A stretch of 64,000 nucleotides of DNA from an uncultured Phycisphaerales bacterium. Its GTDB lineage: Bacteria; Planctomycetota; Phycisphaerae; Tepidisphaerales; Tepidisphaeraceae. Where the stretch lies: contig CAWJPJ010000001.1 of assembly GCA_963844715.1 (NCBI GenBank), forward strand, positions 64,001-128,000. The letters are read 5' to 3'. A program made the position numbers and the translations under genes. Under the pieces are notes generated by a model. The model did not search any database. It was not told where the DNA came from and saw nothing but the letters and a program-made list of their open reading frames with translations. Below are positions 59,001 through 64,000 of this stretch, in pieces. Within the stretch, counting starts at the first letter, position 1. The number at the start of each line of letters is the position of its first letter.

Positions 59001-62000
59001 TGACGATCGAGGATCAATTCGGAAATACCGAAACCGGCGACACCAGCAGCGTGTCGATTGCCGTCACCGGACCAGGACCGTTGGCGTCGGGATCGGTACA
59101 GCGCTGTGAATGCGGCCGCCGGCGTGGCGACGTTCAACAACCTGACTCTCGACACCGCCGGCAGCTATACCCTCAAAGCAACCGATTCCAGCGACAGCCT
59201 CACGAGCCCGGTCTCCAATTCATTCACGATCACCCCCGCCACCGCGTCGCAACTCGTTTTCACCATACCTCCCACAAGCGGCACAGCCGGTTCGCCTCTC
59301 TCATCCGTCGCCCTCAGCATCGAGGATCGATTCGGAAACGTCGAGACGGGCGATACATCGAGCGTTTCGATCTCCCCGACCGGGCCGGGGGCGTTCACGG
59401 GAGGTTCCACAACCAGCGTGACTGCTTCCGCCGGCGTCGCGAATTTCAGCAATCTCGTCCTCGACACCTCCGGAAGCTACACGCTCAAAGCGACGGACAC
59501 CGCCGACAGCCTCACCAGCGCCGCCTCCAACAGTTTCAACGTCGCGGCCGCTACCTCGAACAAACTGGTCTTCACCCAGGAATCGACCGCCGTCACGGCC
59601 GGCGTGGCGATCACCCCGTCCGTCGTCGTCAAAATCGAGGACGAGAACGGAAACGTCCTGACCAGCGACACATCCAACGTGACGCTCACCGTTCAATCCG
59701 GCCCCGGCTCCCTTGTCGGCGGAACCGTCACGGCGCAAGCCTCGGGCGGCGTCGCCACGTTCAGCAATCTGATCCTCGACACCGCCGGAGCGTACATGCT
59801 CTCCGCTTCCGACGGCACGGATGGACTAAGCAATTTCGCCTCGACAAGCTTCACGGTGTCCCCCACGACGGCCGGCAAATTGGTCATCACCACCCAGCCG
59901 ACCGGCGGCACCGCCGGCAAGGCAATCGCATCCGTCACCTTCACGATCGAAGATCAATTCAACAACGTCGAAACGAGTGATAGCTCCAGCGTCCTGGTGT
60001 CCGCCGGCGGGCCGGGGTCTCTGGCGGGCGGTTCGACGGCAAGCGTCGCGGCAAACAAAGGCGTGGCGACATTCAGTAATTTGATTCTCGACACCGCGGG
60101 CGGATATACGCTCAGCGCATCGGATTCCACCGACAGTGTCAGCCGCGGCGCGTCCAATAGCTTCACGATCGCGCCCGCCACCGCGATGCAATTGATGTTC
60201 ACGACTCCACCGACGAGCGGCACCGCCGGCTCCACGCTGTCGCCGGTTGCCCTGAGCATCGAGGATGCATTCGGAAACGTCGAAACCGGCGATACGTCCA
60301 CTGTCTCGATCGCCGCGACCGGGCCCGGGCTCTTGACTGGATCTTCCACCGCCAGTGTCAGCGCCATCAAAGGCGTGGCCACATTCAGCAACCTCACCCT
60401 CGACACCGCCGGGTCCTACACGCTCAAAGGTACCGACGCCGCCGATTCCCTCGCCAGCGCCGCATCGGGTGCCTTCAACGTCAACCCCGCCTCGTCCGAT
60501 AAACTCGTCTTCACGCAAGAGCCAACCAGCGTGATGGCGGGAAACGCGATCTCTCCCACCGTCACCGTCAAGATCGAGGACCAGAACGGCAACGTCCTGA
60601 CCGGCGACGACTCCAACGTCTCCCTCACCGTAGATACCGGCCCAGGCGCCCTCGTCGGCGGAACCGTGACGGCGCAGGCTTCGGGCGGAATCGCCACCTT
60701 CAGCAATCTCGTCCTCGATACCGCCGGGGCCTACACCCTTTCAGCTTCCGACACCACCGACGGCTTGAGCAATTTCTCGTCCAGTTCCTTCACCGTCTCC
60801 CCCGCCGCCGCCAGTAAACTCGTCTTCACAACCGGGCCGGTCAATGGCACGGCCGGCTCGGCGATCTCGCAAGTGGCGCTCTCCATCGAAGACCAGTTCG
60901 GCAACGTCGAAATCGGCGATACCTCCAACGTCGTGATCTCGGCCGCCGGCCCCGGCGGCTATCGGCCGGCTCCACGACCACAGTCGCGGCAGTCAAAGGC
61001 GTCGCCACATTCAGCAATCTGGTCCTCGACACCACGGGCTCGTACACCCTCAGCGCTGCCGATTCGACGGACAGCCTCAGCAGCGGCCCGTCCACGAGCT
61101 TTTCAATCTCGACCGGCTCCGGCGAAAAACTGGTCTTCACGGCCGGCCCCGCAAGCGCCACCGCCGGGAATTTGCTCTCGTCCATCTCCGTTTCGATCGA
61201 AGATCAATTCGGAAACGTCGAATCGGGCGATACGTCCGCCGTTTCGATCACCGCCAACGGCCCCGGTTCCTTCGCGGCCGGCTCGACCACCATCGCAAAC
61301 GCCAGCGCCGGTGTGGCGACCTTCGGAAATCTCACTCTCGACACCGCAGGGAGCTACACGCTGACGGTCACCGATTCCGCCGACGGCATCCATGTTACGT
61401 CGGCCTCCATCACCATCTCCCCCACCGCGGCAAGCCAGTTGGTCTTCAGCGCTCAACCGACCGACGGAACCACGACCGCGCCCCTGGCGCCCATATCGGT
61501 CACCATCGAAGATCAATTTGGCAACCCCGAGACGAGCGACACCTCGGCGGTAAGTTTGACGATCACCAGCGCCCCGTTCGGCGGCGCGTTCACGAATACC
61601 TCGACCCTCTCCGTCAACGCCGTTGCAGGCATTGCGACCTTCAGCAATCTCACTCTGAACACCGCCGGCAGCTACGCCTTCACGGCTTCGGACACGACGG
61701 ACAGCATCACCAGTCCTGAATCGAATCGCTTCACCGTCACAACGCCGACCGTGACGGCTCCCGTCGCCAGCCAACTCGTCTTCCTCCAGCCGCCGACGGA
61801 CATCACGGCCGGCGGAACGATCACCCCCGCGGTCACCGTTCAAATTGAGGATAGCGGCGGCGACGTCATGACCGGCGACGACTCCCAAGTGACGATCGCG
61901 ATTGATACCGGCCCCTCCGGGGCGACTCTCGGCGGAACGCTCACCGTCGCCGCCAAGAATGGAGTCGCGACATTCTCCGATCTTTCGCTCGCAACCGCCG

Positions 62001-62764
62001 GGCAATACACGCTACAGGTTACCGACACCGCGGACGGCCTCACCAGCGCCGCGTCCAATGCCTTCACGGTTAACCCCGTCGTTTCCACCGGCGTCGCCAC
62101 GCATCTGGTCTTCATTCAGGAGCCGACCAGCGCGACGGCGGGAAGCACCCTCAGTTCCGTCATCGTCGCCGCCGAAGACCAGAACGGAAATATCGTCACC
62201 ACCGACGACGCCACCGTGACGCTCGCGATCGACGGACCGAACCGCGACTTCCGAAGTTGGCATCATCGCGGAAGCATGACCATCCAACTCGTCGACGGCG
62301 AAGCCACCTTCAGCGATCTTTCCCTCCGCCGCGCCGGCGCCTACACGTTGACCGCATACAGCCACGGATTGACTGGCGCCGTCTCCACGAGCTTCACGAT
62401 CACCCCCGCCGCCGCGACGCACATGATCTTCCAGCGCGTCCCCTGCTTCACAACCGACGGCAAAACTTTCGACGTCCAGATCGTTCTCGTCGATAAATAT
62501 GGAAATATCGCCACGAACGACACCTCGACCATAACGCTTTCCCTCGGCAAATCCCCGTCCGGCGCCGCCCTGGGCGGAACGCTGACGGCAACCGTAACCA
62601 ACGGCGTAGCGACGTTTTCCGGCCTCTCCGTAAACGATCCGGGAACCTACACCCTCGTCGCAACCGACAGCAATTCCATCCCCGTTATCACTTCCGCCCC
62701 GTTTTGCGTCCCAGCCGCCCGGAATCCTTTCTTTCGCTGCTTCGGGTTCTTCCGTCGCTTTTAG
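56082..62764 (+). CDS. Giant (~2200 aa) extracellular S53 (sedolisin/kumamolisin) peptidase with LEPR-XLL motif and 17 tandem Ig-like repeats; apparent frameshifts near ~56095, ~57740, ~59100 and ~60960
   Basis: RBS GGAGGG then GTG at 56082; IETLESRILLS; QTIAIVDAY, EESLDVEWAH (Glu/Asp), STGDVG, PDVS, GGTSLAAP (Ser), GYDLATGLGTP; repeats LVF..P..TAG..IEDQFGN..GVATFSNL.LDTAG.YTL.A. Confidence 0.9.
57370..62710 (+). repeat. Array of 17 intragenic ~310-bp (~103 aa) Ig-like repeats
   Basis: Unit starts near 57373, 57690, 58000, 58315, 58625, 58933, 59246, 59558, 59875, 60187, 60498, 60813, 61125, 61433, 61768, 62100 and 62417. Confidence 0.9.
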
Positions 62765-62869
62765 CGCGATGAATTTGAAAATAGTTTTTTTGGAACGCTT
62801 TTGTCGCGGCGTTCCGCGCCTAGCATTTTTATTGAGGGGAGGGGTTAACGCATACAAGCGAGGCGAATC

Positions 62870-63238
62870 ATGCGCACTGAATCCATACCCCCGGAAAACT
62901 GGAGCAACTTCTTCAACGAATTCAATCGCGATCATCTCGACTGGCTCGTGACGATTGAAACCATGCAGAATGCCGAGTCGGAAACGCTCGCGGCGCAGCT
63001 TCCTTTTCAGGGAATCAGCTTCGACACCAAGGGCTCCCGCACCTCAAGCCTGGAAATCAGCGTTGGAGACGCCGGCAAACCGCACGTCGCCCACTGGGTG
63101 CATCTGCCGTTCCATATTCGCAAGGTCGAGAATCCCGACGGGAGCCTGCACGTGCTCATCGAGCCCGCGGACGGCGGGCCGACCATCGTGCACCTGCGGG
63201 CGCCGTCGTGCGCCCCCAAACCGGTCATGGAGTTGTGA
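62870..63238 (+). CDS. Hypothetical protein, DUF5335-like
   Basis: IPPENWSNFFNEFNRDH..W.VTIE...LPFQGISFD...LEISVG....H..H.V..P; family assignment from memory. Confidence 0.7.
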   Translation: MRTESIPPENWSNFFNEFNRDHLDWLVTIETMQNAESETLAAQLPFQGISFDTKGSRTSSLEISVGDAGKPHVAHWVHLPFHIRKVENPDGSLHVLIEPADGGPTIVHLRAPSCAPKPVMEL

Positions 63239-63274
63239 ACCCAGCTGGCGGCCGGAGCGCTGAAAGGAAACGCG

Positions 63275-63487
63275 ATGAAACGGTGCGAATATTGCGGAAA
63301 TGCCACGATCGATGAGAACTGGGCCCAGGGGCGCGATTTGGTGGTCCGAGCGCCGGACGGACCGCATTATTTCTGCTCGAACGAATGCCTTTTGCGATTC
63401 GAACTGGACCGCGCCGAGATAGAAAGGCAGGATGAGCCGGAGCGGCGTCACGATCCCGTCACGCTTCCTCATCCTCACGCCGGTTGA
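63275..63487 (+). CDS. Small TRASH/YHS-like metal-binding protein
   Basis: C..C (CEYC) ... HYFCSNECLLRF; RBS AAGGA upstream. Confidence 0.65.
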   Translation: MKRCEYCGNATIDENWAQGRDLVVRAPDGPHYFCSNECLLRFELDRAEIERQDEPERRHDPVTLPHPHAG

Positions 63488-63504
63488 GGCGCGGCCGCAA
63501 ATTA

Positions 63505-64000
63505 TCAAGCCAAACCCAGGGACCGGAAATACGCCGCCGCGAACGATCGGTCGGCCAGCGCCTCGAGCATCTGATCCTTACCCGCCCCGTTGGACGCAAA
63601 GGTCATCGTCGCCAGGAGCGGGCGCTCCTGAAGATGAACCAGATCGAACCCCGGCTCAAAGGGCGTCTGCCTAAGCTCGCGCACCAGATGCTTCTGCAAT
63701 ACGTCGACAGTCGTTGTGTCCGCATTGGGGTCCCGCCCGGCAAGCAGCAGGCTCAGCGAAACCAATTCCCCCGTCGAGCGCCGAAGCGTGGCGATTCCCG
63801 CGCTGGCCGCCGTCGAACGCCAGCGCAACATGGCCAGGCCTTCGTCCGTAAGCGGGATTTCCAGCACCTCAGCCTTTTTCTCTAACTCTTTTGAAAACCT
63901 GGAGATAAGATCGCCCGCCCCGGGAATCTGCTGGAGAAGGGCGTAATCGTACTGCGTTACTTCGCGAAGCTCCCCTTGCGCGTTGAGGTCCGCGACGTAA
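63505..64000 (-). CDS. Hypothetical protein, 5' part outside the window; apparent frameshift near ~63915
   Basis: Open frame ..DLISRFSKELEKKAEVLEIPLTDEG..AAAYFRSLGLA*, preceded by YVADLNAQGELREVTQYDYALLQQ in another frame. Confidence 0.6.
   Translation of the reverse strand, partial: YVADLNAQGELREVTQYDYALLQQIPGAGDLISRFSKELEKKAEVLEIPLTDEGLAMLRWRSTAASAGIATLRRSTGELVSLSLLLAGRDPNADTTTVDVLQKHLVRELRQTPFEPGFDLVHLQERPLLATMTFASNGAGKDQMLEALADRSFAAAYFRSLGLA

Noticed and set aside
57370..62710. Regularly spaced conserved motifs resembling a CRISPR array or DGR repeats
   Set aside because: The ~310-bp period and codon-wise divergence show protein domain repeats; no cas or reverse transcriptase gene is present.

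Overview
High-GC chromosomal segment, most likely from a Planctomycetota/Phycisphaerae (Tepidisphaerales-like) bacterium. This placement is inferred from an LExRxLLS extracellular motif, a VPLPA-type sorting signal, a CxxCGYDL..CPECG zinc-ribbon membrane protein, a short GlmU, and rpsF-ssb-rplI without rpsR. Many single-base frameshifts hit even essential genes (topA, rpoB, rpoC, priA, rpsF, lptB), which points to uncorrected long-read indels rather than real pseudogenes. The left half is housekeeping: topA, rpoC-rpoB-rplL-rplJ-rplA-(small orphan gene)-rplK, priA, tRNA-Gln-glmU-prs-rplY-pth-rpsF-ssb-rplI and argH. It also carries TPR/SPINDLY-type and TMTC-like glycosyltransferases. The right half holds an integrase-less ~8.2 kb heavy-metal efflux island (Cys/His-rich leader ORF, cusB-like, cusA-like split by an IS5-family element, TolC-like). 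The island is bracketed by 292-bp, ~86% identical direct repeats made of the 3' end (VPLPA sorting signal) of a lectin gene plus the downstream promoter. It is followed by a giant S53 protease with 17 Ig-like repeats. Two different palindromic REP-like elements appear to be inserted in frame inside protein-coding genes (argH and a TMTC-like gene).
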